Positions 37,185 through 47,716 are shown, numbered from the stretch's first letter. The stretch: DNA of 64,000 nucleotides from Sideroxydans sp. (GCA_013791855.1 VMTA01000018.1:117659-181658), one strand, 5' to 3'. Translations and numbers: made by a program. The notes: generated by a model not told the origin, from the letters alone.

Positions 37185-38609
37185 TTAGAGTGATTTACGA
37201 AGGTTGACCGGGAGTATGTTCATGGATTCCCGGTATTTTGCCACGGTACGGCGGGCGACGATAATGCCCTGCTGTGCCAGGATTTCTGACATGCGGCTAT
37301 CAGACAGCGGCTGGCGAGTATCTTCTTCGCTCACCATCTGTTTGATAAGTGCCCGGATGGCGGTGGAGGAACAAGCCCCCCCCGCATCGGTAGCCAGGCC
37401 GCTGCCAAAGAAATACTTGAATTCGTAGATGCCGCGCGGTGTGAGCATGAACTTCTGCGTGGTCACGCGCGAGATGGTGGATTCGTGCAGTTCCAGCTGT
37501 TCGGCGATCTCACGCAGCACCAGCGGCCGCATGGCGATGTCGCCGTGTTCGAAGAACTGGCGCTGACGCTGCGCGATGGCCTGCGCTACGCGCAGGATGG
37601 TCTCGAAACGCTGCTGCAGGTTCTTGATGAACCAGCGCGCTTCCTGCAATTGGGTCGCCATGCCCTGCGCGCTGGCATCGCCGCGCTGCTGCAGGATGTT
37701 GGCATAGACCTGATTGATGCGCAGGCGCGGCATAGCTTCCGGATTCAATCGGGCTTTCCAGATACCGCCGACCTTTTCCACCAGCACATCGGGCACCACA
37801 TAGTCGGCCGCGCGATGCTCGAACGCCATACCGGGCTTCGGTTGCAGATGCACGATCAGATCCTGTGCGGTGCGCAAGGCATCGTCATCGCAGCGCAACA
37901 GGCGTTTCAGCTTGGCAAAGTCGCGTGCGGCCAGCAAGTCCAGATGCTCGCCGACGATGCGCAACGCCATATCCCGTCCCGGAACATCCTCCGGGATGGC
38001 TTGCAGCTGCAGCGTCAGGCATTCGCGCAGATCGCGTGCCCCGATGCCGGGGGCGTCCAGATGTTGCAACTGCACCAGCGCGGTCTCCAGATCGTCCAGC
38101 GTGATATCCAGCTCGGCGGGGAAGATCTCGACGATCTCTTCCAGCGGCTGGGACAGATAAGCGTTCTCATCCAAAGCGTCGATGAGAAGACCGATGATCT
38201 TCTTGTCACGCGCGTCAAGCAGGCACATGTTCAATTGCCACAGCAGATGCTCGCGCAAGTTGGGGCGTTCGGAAGCGACTTCCTGATAGCCGTCGTCCTC
38301 ATCATCCGGACTGGCACTACTGGCGTGACTGAAGTTGGCTTCGCCCCATTCGGGCGGGCTGTCTTGGGTGGTGTTTTCGGATGTGGCGGACTCAGGACTC
38401 TCCTGTGCAGGTGCCTGGGCATCGCTGCTGCCGCTATAGGTCTGGTTGGCGTTATCGTCTATCCGTTCCAGCAACGGGTTCTCGTCCAGCAAACGCGCAG
38501 CTTCTTGATTGATCTCCAACGTCGAAAGCTGCAGCAGCTTGATGGCTTGCTGCAACTGCGGCGTGAGCAGGAGCTGTTGGGATTGGCGGAGTTGGAGAGC
38601 GGGTTTCAT
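37185..38609 (-). CDS. rpoN: RNA polymerase sigma-54 factor
   Basis: LTPQLQQAIKLLQLS, HESTISR, RpoN box ARRTVAKYRE. Confidence 0.97.
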   Translation of the reverse strand: MKPALQLRQSQQLLLTPQLQQAIKLLQLSTLEINQEAARLLDENPLLERIDDNANQTYSGSSDAQAPAQESPESATSENTTQDSPPEWGEANFSHASSASPDDEDDGYQEVASERPNLREHLLWQLNMCLLDARDKKIIGLLIDALDENAYLSQPLEEIVEIFPAELDITLDDLETALVQLQHLDAPGIGARDLRECLTLQLQAIPEDVPGRDMALRIVGEHLDLLAARDFAKLKRLLRCDDDALRTAQDLIVHLQPKPGMAFEHRAADYVVPDVLVEKVGGIWKARLNPEAMPRLRINQVYANILQQRGDASAQGMATQLQEARWFIKNLQQRFETILRVAQAIAQRQRQFFEHGDIAMRPLVLREIAEQLELHESTISRVTTQKFMLTPRGIYEFKYFFGSGLATDAGGACSSTAIRALIKQMVSEEDTRQPLSDSRMSEILAQQGIIVARRTVAKYRESMNILPVNLRKSL

Positions 38610-38638
38610 CTTGGGTGTTTGGTGTCGGACGGCGCTTC

Positions 38639-39361
38639 TTATAGCTTGAAGTTCTCGCCCAGATACACCTTCCTCACGCCTTCATTATAGATGATTTCCT
38701 CGGGTGTGCCTTCAGCCATCACCGATCCGGCATTGATGATGTAGGCGCGGTCGCAGATGCCCAGTGTCTCGCGCACGTTGTGGTCGGTGATCAGCACGCC
38801 GATGTTGCGTTCCTTGAGGAAGCGGACGATCTTCTGTATGTCCAGCACGGCGATGGGGTCTACGCCGGCAAAAGGCTCGTCCAGCAGGATGAAGCGCGGG
38901 TCGGTGGCCAGCGCGCGCGCGATCTCGACGCGACGACGTTCGCCGCCGGACAGGCTGATCGCCGGATTGTTGCGGATGTGGGTGATGTGCAGATCGTTCA
39001 GCAGGGCTTCAAGACGCTGCGCTTGATCTTCCGGCGAATAATCATGCAACTCGAGTACGGCCTCGATGTTCTGGCTGACCGTCATGCGGCGGAAGATGGA
39101 GGCTTCCTGCGGCAGATAGGCCAGCCCCAGTCGTGCGCGTCGATGGATGGGCAGATGGGTGACCTTTTCGCCGTCTATGGTGATCTCTCCGCCGTCGGCA
39201 GCGACCAGGCCGACGATCATGTAGAAGGTGGTGGTCTTGCCCGCGCCGTTCGGCCCCAGCAGGCCGACCACTTCGCCACTGCTCACATGCAGCGATGCAT
39301 CCTGCACCACAGTACGGGAACGGTAGGTCTTTTTCAGGGATTCGGTACGGAGTTCGCTCAT
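38639..39361 (-). CDS. lptB: LPS export ABC ATPase
   Basis: [29 protein letters not shown]. Confidence 0.96.
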   Translation of the reverse strand: MSELRTESLKKTYRSRTVVQDASLHVSSGEVVGLLGPNGAGKTTTFYMIVGLVAADGGEITIDGEKVTHLPIHRRARLGLAYLPQEASIFRRMTVSQNIEAVLELHDYSPEDQAQRLEALLNDLHITHIRNNPAISLSGGERRRVEIARALATDPRFILLDEPFAGVDPIAVLDIQKIVRFLKERNIGVLITDHNVRETLGICDRAYIINAGSVMAEGTPEEIIYNEGVRKVYLGENFKL

Positions 39362-39362
39362 A

Positions 39363-39959
39363 TCATTGTCTTTGCGTGGCTGGAGGCGACAAGGTCTCGC
39401 TGGGCTGTATGGTCAGCGTGCTTGTCGGCTTGGGTGTTTCCGTGGGCTTGTCGCGCTTGGGTTGCAATACGGCCCGTACCCGGTCGTTGCCGGTCTTTTG
39501 CGAAGCATCATCCCCGCGCGCTCTGAACACTTCCGTCTTGGTGCTGTAGGTGATGTGCGCGCCCTGGACTTCGTCCTGCCCGCGCTTGACGCGGGCCCGG
39601 TCGTAAAAGTCCACTGTTTCAGCGCGTGTGTCGTATTCGATCCGTTCGCCATAGCCTTCAGCATACTCTTCGCTACCTTCATAGCGCTGGCGGAATTTGG
39701 CCGGATGCCCGGTGGCGGTGAGATGCTGATAGCCATCCTTGTCCTCGCGGACTTCGATGCGATCGGCGTGGATGTTCAAAGTGCCCTGGATCAAATGCAC
39801 GCGGCCCTCAAAGCTTTTGAATTGGCGCGCGTCGTCTATCAGCACTTGGTTGGCTTCCAGATGTACCGGTTTGTCACGGTCTGCCTGTTCCGCCAGCGCG
39901 TTGTGGGCGCAGAGCAATAGCGGTATGAGCAGTAGCAGGGGCTTAGTCTGATTTTTCAT
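39363..39959 (-). CDS. lptA: LPS transport periplasmic protein
   Basis: Signal peptide, DRDKPV.LEA, jellyroll pattern, RVRAVLQP; position. Confidence 0.9.
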   Translation of the reverse strand: MKNQTKPLLLLIPLLLCAHNALAEQADRDKPVHLEANQVLIDDARQFKSFEGRVHLIQGTLNIHADRIEVREDKDGYQHLTATGHPAKFRQRYEGSEEYAEGYGERIEYDTRAETVDFYDRARVKRGQDEVQGAHITYSTKTEVFRARGDDASQKTGNDRVRAVLQPKRDKPTETPKPTSTLTIQPSETLSPPATQRQ

Positions 39960-40527
39960 GGACTGCTCTCACTTGTTGCAGGAATTTCACGGTGCGTGCT
40001 TCGTTATTCAGCTCCATGCCGACGGCATTGATGTTGTTATACCGGTCGAACATCAATACCGGAAAATCCGTCTCTGCCCAGCCATCGTCCGGCAGCACGC
40101 GCAGATAGTCGGTATTGAAGTGTTGATCCTGCGTCGGCAATTTCCCCGGCCGAAATATGCGGACATCATCGTGCAGATGGATCTCTTCGCCCTTGCTGCT
40201 GAGCATGCCGCTTTGCGCATCGATCCTGGTGGGGGGCTGATCCTTAAAGAAGCTGGTCAGGGTCGGGTTTTGCAGGTGTGTGGTGTCATCGTCCGGGTAG
40301 TGCCACATCTTCTCGGTGATCAGCGTGAAGCGAGCCTGCCCTTCCGTATTCAAGGCGGTCGAGCGCAAGCCATACACCACGAAATCGACATCGTGCCGCT
40401 GGGCGCCGGTGGAGGGTTCTATGGGTTTGACTTGCAGGTTCAGCCAGTAACTGCCGAACAGCAGGCCCAGAACGGGCAGTAATGGCAGCCAGGCCCGCAA
40501 GCGATTGACGAAGGAGAGGCGACTCAT
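39943..40527 (-). CDS. lptC: LPS export protein LptC
   Basis: N-terminal TM, HYPDDDTT.L..P; position between kdsC and lptA. Confidence 0.88.
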   Translation of the reverse strand: MSRLSFVNRLRAWLPLLPVLGLLFGSYWLNLQVKPIEPSTGAQRHDVDFVVYGLRSTALNTEGQARFTLITEKMWHYPDDDTTHLQNPTLTSFFKDQPPTRIDAQSGMLSSKGEEIHLHDDVRIFRPGKLPTQDQHFNTDYLRVLPDDGWAETDFPVLMFDRYNNINAVGMELNNEARTVKFLQQVRAVHEKSD

Positions 40528-41048
40528 CGCTTCAGATAAGGGGCGAGTTGCGCCTCAAGCGAACCCTGTGCCGACATGATCAACTCGCAAACCTCACGCA
40601 CGGCACCGTTACCACCGGCACGCTGGCTTACATAATCGGCACGATCGCGCACGCATTGCGGCGCATCGGGGACGCTGAACGAGACGCCGACACGGAGCAT
40701 CACCGGCAGGTCGATCACGTCGTCTCCCATGAAAGCGGTGGATTCGGGTGGGAGATTCAGGTCGGACAGCAGTGATTGCATCGCCGCATATTTGTTTTCC
40801 ACACCCTGATAGAGCCGCGTGATGCCCAGGTTCTTGGCGCGCAGTTCGACACAGCGCGAGGTCCGGCCGGTGATGATCGCGAGTTCCACGCCGCTTGCCT
40901 TGAGCATCTTCAGGCCGTGCCCGTCCAAGGAGTTGAAGCGTTTGAACTCTTCGCCGGAATCGGAAAGGTACAGCCCACCGTCGGTCAGCACCCCGTCCAC
41001 ATCGAAGGCGATCAGGCGCAGCGGTTTGATTCTCTCTGTCAGCGACAT
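40524..41048 (-). CDS. kdsC: KDO 8-phosphate phosphatase
   Basis: FDVDGVLTDG, K.FNSLDG.G, GDDVIDLP, GG.GAVRE. Confidence 0.95.
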   Translation of the reverse strand: MSLTERIKPLRLIAFDVDGVLTDGGLYLSDSGEEFKRFNSLDGHGLKMLKASGVELAIITGRTSRCVELRAKNLGITRLYQGVENKYAAMQSLLSDLNLPPESTAFMGDDVIDLPVMLRVGVSFSVPDAPQCVRDRADYVSQRAGGNGAVREVCELIMSAQGSLEAQLAPYLKR

Positions 41049-42034
41049 CAGATGACTTTCGCTTTCAGCAAGTCATGCATATTCAGCGCGCCGAGCACCT
41101 TCTTGTTCGCATCGACCACCAGCAACTGGGTGATGTTGTACTGCTCCATCATCTGCACGGCTTCGACCGCAAGCGCATCGGGGCTCACCGTGCGCGGTGT
41201 TTTCGACATGACCGTGCTGACCGGTGTGGTGTTGAAGTCCAGCTTCTTCTCCAGTGTGCGGCGCAGGTCGCCGTCGGTGTAGATGCCCAGCAGTTTATGG
41301 TGCTCGTCCACGATGCCGGTCATGCCCAAGCCCTTACGTGAGATCTCCAGCACGGCCTGGGCCAGAGTCGCGTCTTCGCGCACCATGGGGATGCTGGCAT
41401 GGCTATGCATGATGTCGCGCACATGGGTGAGCAGGCGTCGTCCGAGACTGCCGCCCGGATGCGAACGGGCGAAATCCGCTTCGCCGAAACCTTTGGCATC
41501 CAGCAAGGCGACGGCGAGCGCATCGCCCAAGGCCAAGGCGGCTGTGGTGCTGGCTGTTGGCGCCAGGCCCATAGGGCAGGCTTCTTGCGCGACTGCGCCA
41601 TTCAGATGCACATCCGCTTCGAGTGCAAGGCTGGAGCGGGGATTGCCGGTCAGGCTGATGAGTTTTGCGCCTTGGCGCTTCAATACCGGCACGATGGTCA
41701 GCAACTCTTCGCTTTCGCCCGAGTAGGAGATGCCGATGAACACGTCATCCTGCGTCACCATGCCGAGATCGCCGTGGCTGGCCTCGCCCGGATGGACGAA
41801 ATAGGCCGGTGTGCCGGTGCTGGAGAAGGTGGCCGCGATCTTGCGTGCGATATGCCCGGACTTGCCCATGCCGCTCACGATCACCCTGCCCTTGCAGGCG
41901 AGGATCAGGTTAATGGCGTTGAGAAAGTTCGAGTCGATACGATCGACCAGCGCTCTGACGGCGTCGGCTTCTATGGTCAGGACGCGGCGCGCAAGTTCGA
42001 GCGCGTGCGGGGCGGCGGGAGCGGGTTTGTTCAT
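41048..42034 (-). CDS. kdsD: Arabinose 5-phosphate isomerase (SIS + CBS)
   Basis: GMGKSGHIARKIAATFSSTGTP, HGDLG, HPGG.LG; start MNKPAP at 42034. Confidence 0.95.
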   Translation of the reverse strand: MNKPAPAAPHALELARRVLTIEADAVRALVDRIDSNFLNAINLILACKGRVIVSGMGKSGHIARKIAATFSSTGTPAYFVHPGEASHGDLGMVTQDDVFIGISYSGESEELLTIVPVLKRQGAKLISLTGNPRSSLALEADVHLNGAVAQEACPMGLAPTASTTAALALGDALAVALLDAKGFGEADFARSHPGGSLGRRLLTHVRDIMHSHASIPMVREDATLAQAVLEISRKGLGMTGIVDEHHKLLGIYTDGDLRRTLEKKLDFNTTPVSTVMSKTPRTVSPDALAVEAVQMMEQYNITQLLVVDANKKVLGALNMHDLLKAKVI

Positions 42035-42130
42035 GGCGTGAATTATAGGTGAACAACCCAGTCGTGTCTTTGCCGCATCCATGCTGCGAACGATTTTGAA
42101 ACTTGCAAGAGTTAGGGCATCATCAGACGC

Positions 42131-44101
42131 ATGAACGATTCGTTACAACTCCTGCTCATTTTGCTCGCCGTTGCCGTGCTGGTGGTGGTGCTGTTCCGTT
42201 CGCTGCATCTGCCCGCCATGCTGGGCTATCTCATCGTCGGCGTGCTGATCGGCCCGCATGCGTTGGGCTGGATACCCGATGCACCCGAGACCAGGCATCT
42301 GGCCGAGTTCGGCGTGGTGTTCCTGATGTTCAGTATCGGTCTCGAATTCAGTCTGGCCCGCTTGCGGTCGATGCAGCGTCTGGTGTTCGGCTTGGGCACG
42401 GCGCAAGTGGTCGCCACCATGTTGCTGGTCATGCTGACTTCCACCTTCTTCGATCTTGGCTGGGCGGCCGGGCTGGCGCTGGGCGGCATCATGGCCATGT
42501 CCTCGACGGCTATCGTCAGCAAGATGCTGGTTGAGCGCGCCGAACTCAACACGCCGCACGGCCAGAAGATCATGGGCGTGCTGCTGTTCCAGGATCTGGC
42601 CGTGGTGCCGCTCATCATCCTGATCCCGGCCTTGGCGTCGCAGGACGGCAATCTCTCTTCCACACTGGCCTATGCGGCATTGAAGGCGATCCTGGTGCTG
42701 ACCGTGCTGCTCACCTTTGGGCAGCGCTTGCTGCGACCATGGTTCCATCTGGTCGCGCGCCAGAAATCCTCCGAACTGTTCATGCTGAACGTGTTGCTGT
42801 TCACGCTCGGCTTGGCCTGGATCACCGAGTTGAGTGGTCTGTCCATGGCGCTGGGCGCCTTCGTGGCGGGCATGCTGATATCCGAGACCGAATACCGTTA
42901 TCAGGTGGAAGAAGACATCAAACCGTTCAGAGATGTGTTGCTCGGTCTGTTCTTCGTCACCATCGGCATGATGCTGGATATGCAAGCGCTGATAGAAGGT
43001 TGGGGTTGGATATTGCTGTTGCTGCTCATTCTGGTGCCGTTCAAGGCGCTGGTGGTTGCGCTGCTGGTGCGTTCGTTCTCGGGGGATTGGGGGCCGGCGT
43101 TGCGCACCGGTCTCGGCTTGGCGCAAGCGGGCGAATTCGGCTTCGTGTTGCTGACGCTCACCGGCGGGGCCAATCTTCTGCCGCATGACGTGATGCAGAA
43201 CGTGTTGGCCGCCATGCTGGTCTCCATGATGATCGCCCCCTTCCTGATCCAGCATGCCGAAGCCATCGTGCGCCGCATCTCGCCGGAAGAATGGATGAAC
43301 AGCGCCATGCAGATGCATCAGATCGCTGTCCAGAGCATGAGCACCAACCAGCATGTCATTATTTGCGGGTACGGACGCAGCGGGCAGGCGTTGGCGGCGT
43401 TCCTGAAGAACGAAAAGGTGAGCTTCATCGCGCTCGACCTGGATTCGCGCCGTGTGCACGAGGCCAGTTCATCGGGAGAACGCGTCGTGTACGGTGACGC
43501 CGCCAAGCATGAAGTGTTGCAGGCGGCGGGGCTGATGCGTGCCAAGGCTTTGGTCATCACTTACGACGACAAACATTCTGCGCTGAGGATATTGCGCCAT
43601 ATCCAGCAAGGCCGTCCTGATCTGCCGGTCATCGTGCGCACGTCCGATGACAGTAATGTCGAGATCCTCAAGAAGGCCGGTGCCACGGAAGTGGTGGCGG
43701 AGGTGCTGGAAGGCAGCGTCATGCTCGCCTCGCAGGCGTTGTTGATGGCCGGTATCCCGCTCAGTCGCGTAGTGCGACGTGTACAAGAGGCGCGTGCCAA
43801 GCGCTACAGTATGTTCAGCGGTTATCTGCGCGGCAATCGCGATGAGATCGGTGAAGAAACAGACAGCATCCAGCCGCGCTTCCAGAGTGTCATGCTGCAC
43901 GAGCAAGACAAGGCGGTCGGCATGCGCTTGGGCGACCTGAAGCTTTCTGAATTCAACATCGAAGTCAACGGCGTGCGCCGTCACAACCTGCTGGGCGGTG
44001 AGCCTTCAGATGATATGTTGCTGCGGGCGGGTGATGTGTTGATGCTGCTGGGGCAGCCGATGATGCTGGAGGCTGCGGAGAAAAGATTGCGGCAGGGGTG
44101 A
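42131..44101 (+). CDS. CPA2-family K+/H+ antiporter (KefB/KefC-like) with TrkA_N and TrkA_C domains
   Basis: LAEFGVVFLMFSIGLEFS, LSSTA-like motif, LFQDLAVVP, GYGRSG, YGDA. Confidence 0.9.
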   Translation: MNDSLQLLLILLAVAVLVVVLFRSLHLPAMLGYLIVGVLIGPHALGWIPDAPETRHLAEFGVVFLMFSIGLEFSLARLRSMQRLVFGLGTAQVVATMLLVMLTSTFFDLGWAAGLALGGIMAMSSTAIVSKMLVERAELNTPHGQKIMGVLLFQDLAVVPLIILIPALASQDGNLSSTLAYAALKAILVLTVLLTFGQRLLRPWFHLVARQKSSELFMLNVLLFTLGLAWITELSGLSMALGAFVAGMLISETEYRYQVEEDIKPFRDVLLGLFFVTIGMMLDMQALIEGWGWILLLLLILVPFKALVVALLVRSFSGDWGPALRTGLGLAQAGEFGFVLLTLTGGANLLPHDVMQNVLAAMLVSMMIAPFLIQHAEAIVRRISPEEWMNSAMQMHQIAVQSMSTNQHVIICGYGRSGQALAAFLKNEKVSFIALDLDSRRVHEASSSGERVVYGDAAKHEVLQAAGLMRAKALVITYDDKHSALRILRHIQQGRPDLPVIVRTSDDSNVEILKKAGATEVVAEVLEGSVMLASQALLMAGIPLSRVVRRVQEARAKRYSMFSGYLRGNRDEIGEETDSIQPRFQSVMLHEQDKAVGMRLGDLKLSEFNIEVNGVRRHNLLGGEPSDDMLLRAGDVLMLLGQPMMLEAAEKRLRQG

Positions 44102-44129
44102 TGCGTGCAAGGTTTTCTGAGCCGAGCCT

Positions 44130-44762
44130 TCAGACGCTCAGGCAAGCCAGATAGAAATCGCGTTCGATGATGTTGCCTGACGCGATCGGCTCGCCACCGC
44201 TGTTCGCATGAGAGACCAACATCGAACCTTTGGCTGTATAGCCATCGTCCAGCATCATGTCCAATTGCTTCACCAGGCGTCCCGAGATGTTGTCGGAGCA
44301 GATGATGTATCCGCCGCCCATGCCGCTGATGGGCGCGTTGCTGATGTCGGTGACGCCCAGACTTCCTCCCGACGTGTTGAGCGGCACATAGCCGCTCGCC
44401 TCGGCGTTCGCCACCCCCTGCAAAAATCCCGCCAAGCGAACATGTTGCCAGAGGAAGAACGATTCGCTCAGATAGGTATTCAGATCGCCCTCGATACGCA
44501 GATTGCCGTTGCCGTTCTGTATGGATATAGAGGTCGGCGACAGGTTCGCGGATGCTGCGGAGTCATCACCCGGCAAAGCGCGGAAGCGATCCTGATAGCC
44601 AAACAGTGCCACTTGAATGTCGCGGAAGTCGTTGGCGAGGCTCTTTGCGCGTGAGTTATCCACCAGCTCCCTGCCTTTGATCGTCAATGTGATGAGCAGT
44701 CCGATGATTGCCATGACGATGGCGATCTCTATCAAAGTGAAGCCGGATTGTTTGTGTCGCAT
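44130..44762 (-). CDS. Type IV prepilin/pseudopilin (paralog 2)
   Basis: QSG/FTLIE cleavage-methylation motif, GYQDRFRALPGDD, C-terminal Cys pair. Confidence 0.9.
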   Translation of the reverse strand: MRHKQSGFTLIEIAIVMAIIGLLITLTIKGRELVDNSRAKSLANDFRDIQVALFGYQDRFRALPGDDSAASANLSPTSISIQNGNGNLRIEGDLNTYLSESFFLWQHVRLAGFLQGVANAEASGYVPLNTSGGSLGVTDISNAPISGMGGGYIICSDNISGRLVKQLDMMLDDGYTAKGSMLVSHANSGGEPIASGNIIERDFYLACLSV

Positions 44763-44802
44763 GAATCGAATAGCCTGAGTGGTTAACGGTACGGTAGTTA
44801 TT

Positions 44803-44818
44803 AGCAGTAACCATGCCA
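44803..44818 (-). promoter_or_regulatory. sigma54 -24/-12 promoter of pilin paralog 2
   Basis: TGGCATGGTTACTGCT (GG-N10-GC). Confidence 0.55.
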
Positions 44819-44944
44819 GTCAGATGGTCATATACAGCTGCGCTGAACTATCGAATCAGCTGGTGTCCTGGGATTTTGGCGACGGAGTGTCGACAAGTGG
44901 TGACGAGAAACGGGCAGATGGAATTGGTTATTAATTACCACAAA

Positions 44945-44977
44945 ATAAAACGCCCCAACACAGTTGGGGCGTTTTAT
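44945..44977. terminator. Intrinsic terminator between the pilin paralogs
   Basis: ATAAAACGCCCCAAC-ACA-GTTGGGGCGTTTTAT, 15-bp stem. Confidence 0.85.
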
Positions 44978-45033
44978 CGACTAGCGTTGACTAGATAAAG
45001 CTCAACAGAGACCGCAAATATTCGTTAGGAATA

Positions 45034-45750
45034 TTAGATTCCCATACAGACTGTATAGGTGTCTGCATCGCCCAGCGAGGCTACTGCAGTCATTGCCGTA
45101 CCGGTGGCAGTGGCTACGCCCGCCATCATGGAGCCGCTTGCTGTATTGCCATCGTCCATTTGCGTGTCGAGCTGCTTGGCAAACTTGCCTAAGATTCCCG
45201 CTGAGCAGATGACATAAGAACCTCTAATCGCAACACCACCACCCGTAATTGGCGTGTTGGTTGTGTTGCTAGTGCCGCCTTGAATGCCGATTTCTCCACC
45301 AACGGCATTTACGGGCATGTAACCTTCAACTCCGGGAGTCGTTGCTCCTGGAGCCAAGCCTGCCAAACGTACATGCTGCCAAAACAAAACAGACTCATCG
45401 GTCACGGTAGTAGAGTTCCAGAAGCCGTCTAGAACTCCATTGGCGACGCAGCCTGCGTTCCCGGCGCCCGGGACGCAGGCGGTGCCATTGAGTCCGGTAG
45501 TAGGGGTGCTAGCTTCGGTTGCGCCAGTCACATGGCTAGCTGCCAGACCGTCATCGCCCGGGATGGAGCGAAATTTATCCTGATAGCCATAGATAAAGAC
45601 GGGGATATTCTTGAAGTCCGTCGCCAGATTCTTAACCTTGGCACTATTGATCAGCTCCTGACCCTTCAGCACGCCGCCGAGCAGCAGGCCGATAATCACC
45701 AGAACGATGGCGATTTCAATTAGAGTAAAGCCGGATTGTTTTTGCTTCAT
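45034..45750 (-). CDS. Type IV prepilin/pseudopilin (paralog 1, probable major subunit)
   Basis: QSG/FTLIEIAIVLVIIGLLLGGVLKGQELI, GYQDKFRSIPGDD; GGAGG RBS; own terminator. Confidence 0.92.
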   Translation of the reverse strand: MKQKQSGFTLIEIAIVLVIIGLLLGGVLKGQELINSAKVKNLATDFKNIPVFIYGYQDKFRSIPGDDGLAASHVTGATEASTPTTGLNGTACVPGAGNAGCVANGVLDGFWNSTTVTDESVLFWQHVRLAGLAPGATTPGVEGYMPVNAVGGEIGIQGGTSNTTNTPITGGGVAIRGSYVICSAGILGKFAKQLDTQMDDGNTASGSMMAGVATATGTAMTAVASLGDADTYTVCMGI

Positions 45751-45848
45751 TGTGTTTCCTCCAGTGGGTGATAGTTGGGTTCACGTTGCGCTAGACTGCG
45801 CGTATTCGAAACCCTGATAGCAATAGCTATCGCCTGCATAACTGATAC

Positions 45849-45864
45849 AGCAAATAGCATGCCA
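45849..45864 (-). promoter_or_regulatory. sigma54 -24/-12 promoter of pilin paralog 1
   Basis: TGGCATGCTATTTGCT, near-consensus. Confidence 0.75.
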
Positions 45865-45999
45865 TCGTTCCGGCGTATGCGATTTAGTGTGCTTTATATA
45901 TAAAAAACAATTCAGTGGCAAATATATTTCATCAATTAGGTGAGCGATGAAGCAAGTTCCGAAGATCGGCCGTCGAGGAATCGACGCAATGGTGACGAG

Positions 46000-47682
46000 A
46001 TGACGACATTCAGCCCTGCGCACTGGGCGCGTTCAAGCCGCTGGCTATCGCTGCTTATGCTGGTGATGTTGCATGCGGCCTTGTGGTTAGGTATCGACAA
46101 CATCTGGGCGCGCCCGCTATTGCTGGCCCATCTGGGCGTGTTTCTCGTTTGGCAGCCGTTGTGGCGCAGCGAAACGCGCTTGAGTTGGGGGAATTCGCTG
46201 TTCATCCTCGGGGTGAGCTTGGCCGCGCTCACATGGTTGAATTGGTGGATATTGGCATTTTGGGTCGGCGGGCTGTTCGCTTTGGTGGGTGCGCGGGCTT
46301 TCTCTTTCTATGCGCGCTGGCAGCGCATCTATCATCTGTTGGTCATGGCGTATCTGCTGGCGGTGCTGCTTCTGTATATCACGCCGCATCTGTTCGATCT
46401 TCCTGCCTTCGATGAGGTGACGCGTAATCTGATGACTGTCGCGCTGCCCTTGATGTTGGCTGTGATGGCGCTCATTCCAGTCGAGCGCGAAAAGCCGAAT
46501 GCGGTGCAGGCTATCGACTTCTTCTACGTGCTGCTGCTGTTCACCTTGCTTACGGTGCTGGTGCTGGGCACGCTGGCTTTCATGACGCTGAACCAGGTCG
46601 GATATCTGGATGCGTTGTTGCGAACTTTGTTTGTGATTGCGGTCGCGTTATTCGTTCTGGGCGCTCTTTGGCATATGGACTTTGGACCATTCGGATTGCA
46701 GAGCAGCTTTTCCCGATACGTGCTTTCCATCGGCACACCGTTGGAAGTGTGGCTTAAACAATTGGCGGCGGATGCGCAGCGGGATAGCGGTCCGCGCGAG
46801 TTCCTTGAAAGTGCAACCGAACATATGATCGAGATGCCCTGGATGCTCGGGATGGCATGGGTATCGGCAGAAGGACATGGCACTTTGGGCAATGCCAGTC
46901 CGCACCGGGTCGAGCTGGCTGATGAAGATTTGAACATCACCCTGTTCACCAGGCAGGCTGTCGCGCCGACCGTGTTGCTGCATATGCGGCTGCTGGTACA
47001 AGTGCTGGGCTATTTCTATCAGGCCAAGCGGCGCGAACAGCGTCTACGCGAAATGACCCGGCAACAGGCTATCTACGAAACGGGTGCGCGCCTGACGCAT
47101 GATCTAAAGAATATGCTGCAATCGCTGTTCGCCCTTGCATCCATTGCGCAAAGCGAACCGGCAAGGGCGCAGCCCATCTTGCAGCAGCAGTTGCCAGTGC
47201 TGTCGCAGCGCATCGAGGCATTGCTGGGAAAACTCAAAGCTCCAACGCCGGAGTCCGAATCCCGAGAGATCGAGTTGATGACATGGTGGGAAGAGTTGTG
47301 TCAGCGCTATGCGCATCGCGATATCGAGTGGAAGCTCGAGCATGAGGGCGAACGACCTGCCTTAAGGATACCTGCGGAGATGTTCGACTGCGTGGCGGAC
47401 AACCTGATCGAAAATACGCTGAACAAACGTTTGCGTGAGCCTGCGCTGCATGTCCGGGTCAGTCTGGATGTCAGATCGCCGTCGTTGCGTGTGAGCGATG
47501 ACGGCAGTGCGATACCTTCAGGATATGCACAAAAGTTGTTGCGAACGGTGGTGCCATCAGAGGATGGCTTGGGGGTGGGCTTATATCAAGCATCAAGATG
47601 GGCGCGGCAGAACCATTACAAAATGCAGCTGAAGGAAAATGAACCGGGCAAAGTGACCTTCGAGCTATCGCCCGATGCTTAA
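46000..47682 (+). CDS. Multi-TM sensor histidine kinase (orphan)
   Basis: Many N-terminal TM helices, LTHDLKN H-box, NLIENT, DDG, GLGVGLY; start 46000 or GTG 45940. Confidence 0.85.
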   Translation: MTTFSPAHWARSSRWLSLLMLVMLHAALWLGIDNIWARPLLLAHLGVFLVWQPLWRSETRLSWGNSLFILGVSLAALTWLNWWILAFWVGGLFALVGARAFSFYARWQRIYHLLVMAYLLAVLLLYITPHLFDLPAFDEVTRNLMTVALPLMLAVMALIPVEREKPNAVQAIDFFYVLLLFTLLTVLVLGTLAFMTLNQVGYLDALLRTLFVIAVALFVLGALWHMDFGPFGLQSSFSRYVLSIGTPLEVWLKQLAADAQRDSGPREFLESATEHMIEMPWMLGMAWVSAEGHGTLGNASPHRVELADEDLNITLFTRQAVAPTVLLHMRLLVQVLGYFYQAKRREQRLREMTRQQAIYETGARLTHDLKNMLQSLFALASIAQSEPARAQPILQQQLPVLSQRIEALLGKLKAPTPESESREIELMTWWEELCQRYAHRDIEWKLEHEGERPALRIPAEMFDCVADNLIENTLNKRLREPALHVRVSLDVRSPSLRVSDDGSAIPSGYAQKLLRTVVPSEDGLGVGLYQASRWARQNHYKMQLKENEPGKVTFELSPDA

Positions 47683-47698
47683 GGGGTTGGTAAAGGAT

Positions 47699-47716
47699 TG
47701 TTGCAATATTGCAACA
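47699..47716. promoter_or_regulatory. Perfect 18-bp palindromic operator upstream of cyc2
   Basis: TGTTGCAATATTGCAACA. Confidence 0.7.

Noticed and set aside
44130-45750. Pilins as conductive e-pili for Fe(II) oxidation
   Set aside because: They are 210-238 aa with large globular heads, unlike short Geobacter-type pilins; nothing in the sequence supports conductivity
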